A DNA stretch of 64,000 nucleotides from Eledone cirrhosa (Eukaryota): the NCBI GenBank assembly GCA_964016885.1, contig OZ024747.1, positions 25,482,001 through 25,546,000 on the forward strand, given 5' to 3'. The notes beneath the pieces were generated by a model that searched no databases, had not been told where the DNA came from, and was given only the letters and a program-made list of their open reading frames with translations. The number at the start of each line of letters is the position of its first letter. Position 1 is the stretch's first letter. Position numbers and translations under genes: made by a program. Positions 41,301 to 53,700 of the stretch are shown here, one piece after another.

Positions 41301-42372
41301 GTGACTTTAGCAGGAGGCAAAGGGTGCATTACATATTATTTAGCCTTTTCATTATCATACATTTAATGAAAGACACTGCCTATAGTTTTCAAATAATGTT
41401 GAAATAATCAAGAAATTCTATGTATTCAGAAATATAACTAACTTCCTCATTATTAAGATGGTGTTTACAACATAACAAAGGTTCCAACATGAAATCATAA
41501 TTGAAAGTATTTAGATAAATATAAACACTTTAAAACAAACACATTTGTATCATAGAACCAGAAGCAGTTTTTGGCAGTTTGATACCAAAAGGGTTAAAGC
41601 AGAGAACAGACAAGAATACACAGGTGGATAAGAACTACAAAGAGTTGTGCCAAAAACAATGTTCAACAGTGTAAGAGTGGGGGTAGGTGTAATCAGTAGA
41701 TTTGGAAGAACAAAACCTATCTATCTGCTGAAATAATATTAGAAAAACTAAAGTGAATATTTGATTAGGCTAGAGAGTGTTATAACATACAACAAGGATC
41801 TATTTACTGTTTCTACCCAGACAAATTAACTCATGACTGAGTTATTAGGCTTTCAGGTATTCCAATGATGCCCCCCCCCCCCACTTCAACCCTATGAATA
41901 ATACGACCCTGCTTCTTCTATCCACATTAGTATATCAATGCAACTACTCACAAACAAATCGCAACCACTGTTACTAATATATCCACAACTTTCATCACTT
42001 TCCACCAAAACCACTCCTGCTCTTAGAACAAATCATATGCCACACTATGGAAATTTTAAAGGATGTCCTATATTTAGACAACTATTTTGAACAGCTCCCC
42101 AACTAAAGAATACATACAAAATATACACAAACAAATATCAATACTACTACTACCTAACACCGTCATTGCTGTTTACTGTAGATCTTGTGGTTACATAATC
42201 TGATAGGCAGTCATTATCTCCCATTACTTTCGTGTTTGTTCTACCATGCAAGCTCAACATTGGTTTAGTTAGATAGGTCATTAGCAATAGCAATACTTCC
42301 TCGTTAGTGCTGCCTGACATTTATAGCTCTCTACTACAACTTCTTAACTAATTACGTCTATCTCCCATTGAC

Positions 42373-42839
42373 TTAACCCTTTTGATGTGAAACTGCCTGT
42401 AACCACCCCTAGTTCTATGATACAAAATTGTATATTTTATAGTGTTTATATTTATATAAAACCCTCTCATCATATTTTTATGTAAGAACCGCTGTTTATG
42501 TTATATTCCAAACACCATCATAATGAGAAAGTCAAAGTATTGATTATTTTCTAAATGATTCAATATCACAGGTAAGTGTATTTCGTTAGATATATGGTCA
42601 TGAAAGGGTTAACCCTTTTGATACCAAACTGCAGGAAACCAGACCTGGTTTTATAATACAAAATTACTTATTTTAAAGTGTATATATTTACTTCAAATCC
42701 TTCTGGTCAATTTTGTGTTTGAACCTTATGTTCGAAACAGCAGCTTAATAATGAGAAAATTAGCCACATTACTAAATCAATTGATAATTATTTTAAAATT
42801 ATAGGCAGTCTTTCATTAGAAATATGATATAAAAGTTAA
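42373..42839. mobile_element. Two head-to-tail piggyBac-like MITE family B copies (about 240-260 bp each) sharing one TTAA
   Basis: TTAA-CCCTTT...AAAGGG-TTAA ends with a junction TTAA at 42609-42612. Diagnostic internal motifs ACCATATTTCTAATGAAAGAC and GGTATCAAAAGGGTTAA recur in many decayed copies across the window, e.g. about 15133-15555, 18888-19109, 22585-22812, 28127-28372, 41340-41597, 52710-52930, 53385-53611. Confidence 0.75.
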
Positions 42840-43246
42840 CCTATCTCTGTCATACCATTAACTATTACTAGCTGGAATTGCCAAAGTTTGTGACAATCTA
42901 TTTATGATCGCTTTTTTTTTTGAAAAAGAGGATCACACATCAAAATATCATTAAATAGTGTAAACTCTTTTCTTTCCCCAACAGGATTTTTTACTTTTGT
43001 ATTTCTAACTTGCATTGTACTGGCTTTCGCAAAACAATTGTAACCATATATCTACTTATATTGAGCATCTAAATGGTCACTTGATTTCCCAGAAATACCA
43101 GCCAAATCTTCCTCAAATCATACCCTGCTGTTGCTTAACAATGGACCAATTAGATAATGTGGTCTGATATATACAATATATCTGAAAAAGATGGAATAGT
43201 CATGGCTGGTCTGCTTGATTAGAGCTGACTTGAGGTTAAACAATAT

Positions 43247-46200
43247 ATGTGTGAAGCGCCAACCCAGAGACCCTCCCCTACGAGTGTCGACAAATGCCCA
43301 AAACTCCGAGTTGGTACCATCAATGTAGGCTCAATGAAAGGAAGAGCAGGAGAAATCGTAGAAATGCTAGAGCGAAAGGAAGTTGATGTATGCTGTGTGC
43401 AAGAGACTAGATGGAGAGGAGGGTCTGCTAGAGTCCTTGTAGGAAAAAGCCAGTGCTACAAATTTTTCTGGGTGGGAAATGACGATGGGATGGGTGGTGT
43501 AGGTATACTATTAGCTGACAAGTGGGTAGATAAAGTAATCTCAGTGTACAGGGTAAATGCAAGAATCATTAAACTCAGACTAGTCCTGAATAAGACAATT
43601 ACCACAATAATATCAGCTTACGCACCCCAATCGGGGCTGCCAGACGAACTTAAGGATAGGTTTTACGAGTCCCTAATACACACTACTGCTCTAACAGACG
43701 ACAAGGACTTCCTAATCATTGCAGGAGATTTTAACGGACACGTAGGTAAACACTGCGACGGCTTCAATAGAGTACATGGAGGCCATGGAGTTGGCACAAG
43801 GAATGAGGAAGGATTCAGACTTCTAGAATTCTGCGACGCCAATGACATGTCGATATGTAACACAAACTTTAAAAAACCCGACAACCACCTGATCACCTAT
43901 AGATCAGGGGAGCACTCTAGTCAGTTAGATTTTATTCTCATCAGAGGACGTGACAGATGGACGGTCGTAAACACAAAAGCCTTCCCTAGTGAGGAATGTA
44001 CATCCCAACATAGCTTAGTTGTCAGCGACCTCACGGTCAGAACTAGACGAGCCCTGAAACAGAGGCCAACCTGGAGAAGAAAGATCTGGAAGCTGAAAGT
44101 CCCCTCAACCAGTAACAGATTTAAAGATATTTTACTCAACGCCTACGACAGTAAAGAAGAACAGATAGAGACATTTAACGTAGAAGAGAACTGGGAGTTC
44201 CTAAAAAATAACTTACTAGAGGCGACGGATGAGGTTTGTGGCTGGAGTAAGACCTCAAGCAGGAGGAGAGTGACTTGGTGGTGGAACAATAAGGTAGATG
44301 AAGCAGTCAAGGCCAAGAGACAGGCATGGAAAGAATGGAAGAACGGGGGGAGCAGGGTACATTACATAGAGACCAAGAGGGAAGCTAGGCGACAAGTATA
44401 CTTAGCTAGGAGGGAAGCAGAGGATAGAAAATTCAAGCATGTTTTACAACGTGAGGACCAGAAACAGGAGGTATTCAAGATTGCGAGGCAGTGTGTCAGA
44501 GATAGTTGTGATGTCATTGGAGAGAAGTGTATCCGGAATGATAAAGGTGAGCTTGCCCTCACAAGTGCTGAGAAGAAAGATGCATGGAAGAGTCATTATG
44601 ATAGATTACTAAATGAGGAGAATGCATGGGAAGAAGAGACCCTACCCCACGTAGACCCTATAGAGGGACCAGCAGTACAAGTCAGCGGCAGCGTAGTAAG
44701 TAAGGCAATCAGAGATATGAAGATAGGGAAGGCAACCGGTCCATCGGGTATAGCTGCCGAGATGCTGAAGGCATCTGGGTCTGTAGGTCACACTATAACC
44801 ACACGTATCGTTAACCAGGTAATACTAGAGGGGGCCATACCAAAAGATTGGTGCAGTAGCATCATTGTCAACTGCTACAAAGGTAAAGGCGATGCACTAG
44901 ATAGAGGAAACTATAGAGGTATAAAGTTGATGGACCAGGTCATGAAAGTAACAGAAAGAGTTATAGCACAGCTGATTAGGGACCGGGTGAATATAGACGA
45001 GATGCAATTTGGGTTTGTTCCAGGGAAAGGCACCACTGATGCGCTCTTCCTTGTGAGGCAATTACAGGAAAAGTACCTAGCTAAAAGTAAGCCACTCTAC
45101 TTGGCATTTGTCGACCTTGAGAAAGCCTTTGACAGAGTTCCACGTGCAGTAATCTGGTGGGCTCTTAGAAAACTAGGAGTAGACGAATGGCTTGTGAAAG
45201 CGGTACAAGCCATGTATAGGGGAGCAGTCAGCAAAGTTAGGATTGGCAATGAGTATAGCGAGGAATTTAGCGTACAGGTTGGGGTCCACCAGGGCTCTGT
45301 TCTTAGCCCTCTCCTGTTCATCATAGTCCTGCAGGCAATAACGGAGGAGTTTAAGACCGGATGCCCATGGGAACTCCTGTATGCTGATGACCTCGCACTC
45401 ATAGCTGAATCTATGGTAGAACTAGAGAATAAATTCCAAACCTGGAAGCAGGGACTAGAGAGAAAGGGCCTCAAAGTCAACATGACAAAGACTAAGGTCC
45501 TTATAAGTAGACGAGAAAACAGAACCCAGATCCCCTCAGGGAAATGGCCTTGCTCAGTATGTAGGAAAGGTGTAGGTAGGAACTCCATTCTTTGCCCCAA
45601 ATGCAAACAATGGGTACACAAGAGATGTAGCGGGATCTCAGGAAGCTTAATTAAGAATGTAGGATTCACATGCAGCAGCTGTGCTGAAACAGCAAGCAAA
45701 CAGCCACAGGAAACAAGTACCACCAATCTCTGGGAGGGCCCTGTAGAAACAGTAGACAGCTTCTGCTACCTAGGTGACCGAATTAGCAACGGAGGTGGGT
45801 GCTCAGAAAGTACAATAACTAGGGTAAGAACGGGATGGAAGAAGTTTAGGGAACTACTACCACTGCTAGCTGCAAAAGGCTTCTCCCTCAGAATGAAAGG
45901 CAGACTGTATGATGCGTGTATCCGAACAGCGATGTTGCATGGTAGTGAGACCTGGGCACTGAAGGTGGAAGACTTACGTAGATTAGAGAGAAACGAAGCC
46001 TGCATGCTCCGATGGATGTGTAACAGTAATATACGTGAACGACAAAGCATAAATGAATTGAGAGAGAGACTGAGCATAAGAGGAATCAAATGCTGCGTGC
46101 AGGAGAGGCGGTTACGCTGGTATGGACATGTGATGCGTATGAAGGATGACAGCTGCATAAAAAGGTGCAGAGCACTAGAAGTTGATGGAAACCGCGGAGT

Positions 46201-46342
46201 GGGGAGACCCAAGATGACTTGGGATGAGGTGATAAGAGCCGACCTTACCCAACTACACCTCTCAAAGTCAATGACACACGACCGTGACTTCTGGCGTCAC
46301 GCAGTAATACAGGGTACCCGACCTCCCATGGGTACATGCTGA
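43247..46342 (+). CDS. RTE-clade LINE ORF: APE endonuclease + reverse transcriptase with an inserted PHD-type zinc finger
   Basis: 1031 aa without a stop. APE motifs GTINV, VQET, AYAP, GDFN, LDFIL, SQHSLV. RT motifs NYRGIKL, QFGF, FVDLEKAFD, GVHQGSVLSP, LYADD, FCYLG. RTE-type C-terminus HGSETW, RLRWYGHV, RGVGRPKMTW. Confidence 0.95.
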   Translation: MCEAPTQRPSPTSVDKCPKLRVGTINVGSMKGRAGEIVEMLERKEVDVCCVQETRWRGGSARVLVGKSQCYKFFWVGNDDGMGGVGILLADKWVDKVISVYRVNARIIKLRLVLNKTITTIISAYAPQSGLPDELKDRFYESLIHTTALTDDKDFLIIAGDFNGHVGKHCDGFNRVHGGHGVGTRNEEGFRLLEFCDANDMSICNTNFKKPDNHLITYRSGEHSSQLDFILIRGRDRWTVVNTKAFPSEECTSQHSLVVSDLTVRTRRALKQRPTWRRKIWKLKVPSTSNRFKDILLNAYDSKEEQIETFNVEENWEFLKNNLLEATDEVCGWSKTSSRRRVTWWWNNKVDEAVKAKRQAWKEWKNGGSRVHYIETKREARRQVYLARREAEDRKFKHVLQREDQKQEVFKIARQCVRDSCDVIGEKCIRNDKGELALTSAEKKDAWKSHYDRLLNEENAWEEETLPHVDPIEGPAVQVSGSVVSKAIRDMKIGKATGPSGIAAEMLKASGSVGHTITTRIVNQVILEGAIPKDWCSSIIVNCYKGKGDALDRGNYRGIKLMDQVMKVTERVIAQLIRDRVNIDEMQFGFVPGKGTTDALFLVRQLQEKYLAKSKPLYLAFVDLEKAFDRVPRAVIWWALRKLGVDEWLVKAVQAMYRGAVSKVRIGNEYSEEFSVQVGVHQGSVLSPLLFIIVLQAITEEFKTGCPWELLYADDLALIAESMVELENKFQTWKQGLERKGLKVNMTKTKVLISRRENRTQIPSGKWPCSVCRKGVGRNSILCPKCKQWVHKRCSGISGSLIKNVGFTCSSCAETASKQPQETSTTNLWEGPVETVDSFCYLGDRISNGGGCSESTITRVRTGWKKFRELLPLLAAKGFSLRMKGRLYDACIRTAMLHGSETWALKVEDLRRLERNEACMLRWMCNSNIRERQSINELRERLSIRGIKCCVQERRLRWYGHVMRMKDDSCIKRCRALEVDGNRGVGRPKMTWDEVIRADLTQLHLSKSMTHDRDFWRHAVIQGTRPPMGTC

Positions 46343-46642
46343 AGCATATAAACAATATGCCCCCCCCCCCACCGCAAGGTGGTCGTGGAGGTGCCACGGC
46401 AAAAAAGCACCCAGCCCACACTGTAAAGTGGACGTGTAGGCGCCACGAAAAAGCACCCAGCACTCACTGTAAATGAGGTTGGTGTTAGGAAGGGCATCCA
46501 GCTGTAGAAATCAAGCCAGATCAGTTCCTGTATGAGCAAGGCATGGTCAGCCGACCAGACACTGCCCACAACAGGACAACCCGTCTAACCCATGCTAGCG
46601 TGGAAGAACGGACGTAAAACGGTGATGATGATGATGATGATG
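43249..46642 (+). mobile_element. RTE non-LTR retrotransposon, near full-length ORF, antisense to the host gene
   Basis: ORF followed by an approximately 300-bp 3'UTR ending in (GAT)n. Possible short TSD ATATAT (43243-43248 / 46643-46648). No 5'UTR visible. Confidence 0.9.
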
Positions 46643-49600
46643 ATATATACACACACACACACAAACACATGGAATGGATTTGACAATGAGTGTTCCATTT
46701 CTCATGAAATTAACGAGCAAGTGTCTGAGCATTCCATTGTCATTTTCATCCTTAACCCTTCAGCATTTAAACTGGCCATATCCACCCAGAATTCTCTCAC
46801 CTCTTCCAGCCGTAACTGGCTGCTCATACTTATGTTAAGATATTATTCTCAAAATAAATAATATCAAAATCTCATTGATTCAATATTATGTGAGATAAAG
46901 CCTTTACCATGAAAATACAATAGTATATATAGAGTAATGTAAATGTTATGTGAGATATTATGTGAGATAAAGCCTTTACCATGAAAATACAATAGTATAT
47001 ATAGAGTAATGTAAATGGTAAAGGGTTAATGTAATTCCGAGGGAGAATCAGCATGACACAGTGTGTGTTGTGAAAGCTTGGCTCTTTGAATTACAAATGC
47101 AGCCCATCCAACAGGCTTCCAAACAGTTTCCATCTACTCATTTTCACTCAGAAGGTTGACTCGAGGGTATAGTAGATAGTACTTTCCAAAGATAGCATAC
47201 ATTGGGATTGAACCCATGATCTAAAAATTGCGAAGCAAACTTTTTAACCATTTGACTATGTTGCCTCCACACACATATATATTGATATTGAAAATATACA
47301 TGTGCATAAGTGTCTTGATGCAAAATACTCCTGCAAATGTAAACACATAACACACGAGGAGTGTTTACATATGCAGAAGAGTGTTTTGAATGTATGTGTA
47401 TATTTACATATGGGTACAATGTGTATATTTACATGTTTACATATGTATGCATGTGTATATATTTGTATGTGTGTGTGTGTGTGTGTGTTTGCATGTGTAT
47501 ATGTTTGTGTGTGTATTTGCATATGATGTAATCGCTAAACAAATACATGAATTGAAACAAAATCATTTCAAGAATTCTCTATGAATTTCTATCATAGATT
47601 GGTGGTGGTGGTGGTGGTGAGTTTGAGTAATGTTTTATCTATAAAGTGGAGGGGTGGAGTGGCTGGGTCTGGACTCATCCTCTTTCTCATTCTCACTGGG
47701 GCTGGAGAGATAAAAAAAAAGGGGGGAGGCAGTGATACTGACAAAGAAACAAAGGAAGAGAATAAGAGAGAAGAGGAAGGCATAGAGAAAGAGATGAAAA
47801 AAGAGAAGGCTGGAAAGGGAGGGGAGAGAGGGAGTAAAAGTGTTCAAAAGAAGCTAAAAGTAAACAATGTTTCTAGAAAAGAAACAGGATTCAGACATAC
47901 CCTGCCATTTATAGAAAGAGGATGATTATTACTGTTATTAGTATTCTAAACACTTAACTCTTTCATGACCAAAGCTGACTCTATAAGGTACAGATAATAA
48001 TAATTTTGAAAGTAATGAAGAATTTGGAGGGATTTAGTGATATAATTAACTTTCTCATTATTAAGCTGATTGGGAACATAACTATTTTATTACCATATTT
48101 CTGATGAAAGACACTGCTAATGATTTTCCTTAATTTTCAAAATAATCAAGAATTTGGAGAGATTTGCTAATATAATTAGTTTTCTTATTATTAAGCTGTG
48201 TTTGGAACATAACCCTATCATTACTATATTTCTAATGAAAGACATTGCCTACAGTTTTTACCTGGGACATAACTTAACAAAGGGTCTTGCAGTTTTTGGA
48301 TAAATAAATACTTTGAAATAAACAGTTTTGTATCATAGTAGCTAGGACAATTTCAGGTGGTTTGGTGTCAAATGGGCTGATCAATTGAATAACCAAAAAT
48401 ATTGAAGGAAAAATTTAAACCCAAATTGTTGGAAACTTTTTATTTTATTTTTTTTGTCACACCACACAAAGCGCACACAAGACATACTGAAAATCACACA
48501 CACTCTCTCACACCCACACACAAAGTAACCATTTTGTGACCATATTTCCAATGACATACACAGTTACCATATTCCTAATGAAATATTCAGCCCATATGTA
48601 TCATTTAACTTTAAAAAAAAAAAAAAAATTTTAAATTAAATGGAGGAATTTAATAAAATAACTTTTTCATTAGTAATCTCATGTTTGGAACATAACTTAA
48701 CAAAAATGTCTTAAACATAATTATTAGTGGATGTTTTAATAAGTATGAACACTTTAAAATGGACAGCTTTGTATCATAGAACCGGGGTAGTTTGGTTTCA
48801 AAAGGGTTAATGGAAGAATTCTAAAGTGTTCATGTTTAAATTTAAACCTTCCATTATAATATAAGAAGCTTTTCTTAACCCTTCAACATTTACATTACTC
48901 TATATTTATTATTGTATTTTCACAGTAAAGGCTTTATCTCACATAATATCGAATCTACGAGAGTTTTATATTATTTATTTTGAAAATACCTTAACATCAG
49001 TATGAGTAGAAAGTTTAAATGCTAAAGGGTTAAGTTATGTTCTAAACATGAACTTAATAAGAACACTATATTCCACATGGATTCTGTCCACTCAACTAAC
49101 AAAACAGAGTTGCATCTGTACTTTATAGAGTCAGCTTTGTCACACACTGTGTCTTACTGAATAGTCATCCTCATCATCATCTCACAACCATTTTCCCTGC
49201 TAGCAAAGGTTGAACCTCTCCCATAACAATGTTATGAGTGCACATATCACTGACATGCTCAGTCAGTTGCACAAAGATTCCACTAGCAGACTGTTCCATT
49301 GTTTGAACAACCGGCACACTCATTGTTGGAACTGATGGAAGTCCATCCAACATACACACATAACACTAACAATATATATATATGAAATATAGTCATGTAT
49401 GTATATGTAAGTGAAAATATACAAGCATAGTAGTAGTAGTAGTAGTTATAGAAGTAACAATGATAATTATTATCATCATTGATATGTCCATGTCACACAA
49501 ACTATATACTTTGTCAAAGACGTTCTAAAATTTGTTATTTAGATTTCATGGAACATAAATGAAAAGACAAAAATGTGTGTGTGTGAGGGGGGGGGGCATT

Positions 49601-50565
49601 TTTCTATCAATGGTGTTGTCTACCTTTCTCTCAATGTCAAGGTATAATAGAGTGTCTAGGGTAGGAGGACCAGGGCGATAACAAATCAGGATAGTACTCA
49701 GTCCAAAAGAAGTAGAGTGGTATAATGTATAGGTAAACTCCTAATGGTGAGCCCAGCCATTTCAATTTGTTTCCAGAAGTATTTTCATGAGTAAATTATT
49801 TCTGAACGTTCACAAACATAGCTTTGTTGAAGTTTGGTGAAGAAAGGGAATATTACTTATATAACAATGGAATATGCACTAGTAGGAACACTAGTTATGA
49901 GTAGTAGTAGTAGTGGTAGTAGTAGTGGTGGCGGTGGTGGTGGTGGTAGTAGCAGCAGCAGTAGTAGTAGTAGGCAAGTGATCAGTGCAAGCAACAATAG
50001 CAGTCATAGTGTGTGTGTATATGTGTGCTTGCATGCCTGCTTGCTTGCTTACATGTTTTCACATGCATGCACCAATCGTTATGAAAGCAGTAAGTGGAGA
50101 GCTGTAGCAGAATGTTGCAGCAAGTCATGCAAGCATGAGATTGAAGTGCATTGAAGATGATGCAGCATCGCTAACTAAATTTATGCCTGACTTGTATCAC
50201 CAATATGGGGTCGAGCAATAGATGCACATTAGTTGCACCGCTGTGCATATTTATATGCAGAGGTGAAAGGACTTTATACTACCTTTATCTAAAACACATG
50301 CTGCTGGTACATAAACATACAGCTATATTACTAGTGATATGTAACACACTAAAACTATAGCATCTACTACAAATAATCCTATGATCACATTCATAGAGCA
50401 TGTCCTGGGTACGGAACTCCTTATGGAATATAAGGGGTGCTGTCATTACATATAGCATGTCTTTGCATTTAAAACCTGGTGGAGCCCATCCCTCTGCAGG
50501 TATGAACACAACAGTTGATTACTTTTATATATATATATGGCCTCAGGTGGATGGCTGGAACAGGT

Positions 50566-50603
<38 letters not shown>

Positions 50604-50637
50604 TAATAAATGGAAACTATATTTATAAAACCATATT

Positions 50638-50703
50638 TATTTTATTATACATATTTCAAGGGCAACCAAGGTAAATTATGGTGCGCTTTCATCAGATAAA
50701 ATA
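50638..50703 (-). ncRNA. Type I hammerhead ribozyme motif, divergent copy 3
   Basis: UAUUUUAU-CUGAUGA-[AAGCGCACCA...UGGUUGCCCUU hairpin]-GAAA-UAUGUA-UA^AUAAAAUA. 8-bp stem I, intact core, flanked by (TA)n tracts. Confidence 0.68.
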
Positions 50704-53700
50704 CAGATTTATTTTATAAATAAATATTGACATACCCGGAAAAAAGACAACCTTAACGGTTGGAGCTTCCTATATATATATATATATATAGGGAAAATAA
50801 TAAAGATTTGAAAATGCACCTAATGTTTTTTATATATACAAACAAATTTACAATACCCTAAAAAGAAATCAGCTCATACAAAATAAATTATAATTCTTTT
50901 TTAAAAATAATAGATGCAGTATTAGTTATGATTATCTAATCAGTGTTTGAACTAACCAGTTTCACAATGAGTAGCTTTTCAAAGTTGCATTTTAATTTGT
51001 GCTAGTATTGAATATATACTCCTACCTGTGATATTGACTTCAAGAGATGGTAAAAACAAACAAAAAGACAAAACAAATCAACTCCAATACTGGACTGATA
51101 CGTTATTGACTTCGAATGGATGAAAAGCAAAATTGACCTCAGTAACATTTGAATTCAAAGCACAGTGAGTCGGAACAAACACGAATGCATTTTTAATCCA
51201 ACACCCCAACTACTCTGCCAATTCTGTAGAAATGCGAAATGATTTACCTTGTTCAAGGATAAAACATGCTGTCTGCTCTAGAGATTGAACCCATAACCAT
51301 ACAATCATGAAACCAACACCCTAACTTCTAGGCTTTCTGCCTTCAGAATGTCAATAACCTCATCACTTTTCTAGAGATTATACTATGAAAATCAAGTGAC
51401 AAACTATCATCTCAAAAGAAATGAATTGAACAAAAACTTACTCCCCTAACTCACACACACTTTTGATTGGTTATAGATCTTACTCTACCACACACACACA
51501 CACAATTTCTAATTGGCTATGAACCTTATTCCTCCTACCTCACACACATTTCTGATAGGCTATGAATCTTATTCCTTTTACCCCACACTTCTGGTTATGA
51601 AGCAACTGAGAGAGTAGTACACTAATCATCAGTGCAAGAGTTCATCTTTGAGGAAACTAAAGAATGCTACTGCAACTCATTTGGCTTTTGTTGCAGCCAT
51701 TCCGAAAGAAGAGAATCAATGAATATGATTCCGTATTAATTAATTAAGGCAGTGTTAAATGACTAAATGAAAGCCGATATTGGTAAGATGATGACACAGA
51801 TGTCAGTGAAACTTTGTTAAATACAAACTACTCTATTATTAGAAAAATATTACACAGCTGGCTGCTGGCAAGATATCAAACCAACAAACTTACCAATCAT
51901 GTCACTATTTTTTAATATTACTTTTTGTATCTTTTAAAATATATTTCCCATGTAAAAACAAGTGGTAATTGATATGATACTGTTAAAAAAGTTGTTATTT
52001 TTGGAAATTAGCCACTGATTAAGCCAAATATATTTCTCCTTTTCTGGTGTTTTTGTTTATATATTTGCTCCTTTTAAATGTATATGCCAATATGAAACAG
52101 ACAAGTACTGCTGGTTTGATAAGCCTGTAAATTCAGATATTTGTATAATTGATAGTTATAGAACAAGTAATTAGTACCAGGAAAGATATCCCCACCATAC
52201 TTCCTAATATCTAGTCATTCAGCCATGAAAAAAGAAAATGAATGAAATGAAATTTACGGTTCACACATAAGCATAAGGTTTTATCTCATGAGGTCTCGTA
52301 GGTGTTTTAATGAAAGGGGCCTCAGTCCTATCATAAAATGTAATGTGAAATGACAACATATATGGTCCAGGAATCGAACCATAACCGCATGATTGTCAGC
52401 CCAATGCACCTTCACACAATGAAATATGAGTGATATCTATTTCTCCAAGGAAAGTGACTGAGGCAAATAGATAATGCACAAGGAACCCTAGAAGCAAAGA
52501 TAAAGGATTCAAGTAGTCGTAACCCTCCCCACAATTAGATGGACTGGGCAAGAAGAGGAAATTTCCTCACTCAAGTTCACAATATCCATAGTAGGGTTTG
52601 AAACTCACTGCTTTCATTTCAATATACATTTTCCACCTTAATCATTTGCTAGATTGTTTCTTGTACCAAGACATCCAAGAATGGCTTGTATGTGAGGACA
52701 AGGAATTTTAACCCTTTTGTGACTGTATTTTTAATGAAATATATTCCATTTCAATTAATTAATGAAAAATTTATTAAAATGACTATTTCATTATTAAGAA
52801 ACTAACTTTAGATATGGGTCTTATATATATTTATGTTGGAAGATTTTAATTTAAATAAGAATGTTTTAAAATGTGGTTTTGTTTCATAGAACCAGGCAGG
52901 TTTTGGCTGAGTTGATAATGAAAGGGTTAATATCAAACATCCTTATTAACCACTTCCTTACCACATTTCTAATGAAAAACACTGTCTATGAATTTCAGAT
53001 AACTTTGGAGAGAATTTGTAATATAACTAGTATTCTGAACATAACTTAAACATTCCTACATAAAATTTAGGTGGAAGATTTTTAACACAAACGGAAGTTT
53101 CTGGTGGCTTGGTATCAAAAAGGTTACATTTGGATTGAATGCAATTCTATAAATCAGTATTACCAAGCCTTTGGCAAAAACAGGTGTTTTTGATTTAACA
53201 GAGTTTCTTCAATTGCAAACACTAAATTATCAAGTAAGCTTGTTAACAACACCCAGTTCCCCTAACTAGACATATATATGATCAGTATACATCTCCCATA
53301 AATAACTTATAGTTGTTTCCCAGATAGCTTCTAATGGCACTAACCGTACTTACACTACTATAAATCTGCCTGAGCAATCTTATTACTTAGTCTTTTGTTA
53401 CCATATTTCTATTAAAAGAATACCAATGATTTTCAATTAATTTTGAAAGTAATAAAGAATTTGGAGGGATTTAGTAATATAAGTTTGGAACATAATTTAA
53501 CAAAGGCTCAGACATAGTAGGTTTTTAGATAAATATAAAGAATTTAAAATAAACAGTGTTGTATTGTACAACTTGGCACAGTATCAAGTGGTTTGGTATC
53601 AAAAGAGTTAAAGGATAACTAACATACATTAGCCACAATCAAGCCAGTAAATATACAACTTAACCCTTTCATGAAGCTTGGAAGCAGTAAATTTGGAAAC

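Noticed and set aside
43663-46569. Minus-strand ORFs up to 209 aa
   Set aside because: Antisense shadows of the RTE ORF.
50285-50509. 74-aa minus-strand ORF as an upstream coding exon
   Set aside because: No recognisable homology and no convincing splice sites.
50940-50990. Possible second hammerhead next to the 50.6-kb copy (minus strand GAAACTGGTTAGTT)
   Set aside because: The CUGANGA box is not recognisable; at most a relic.
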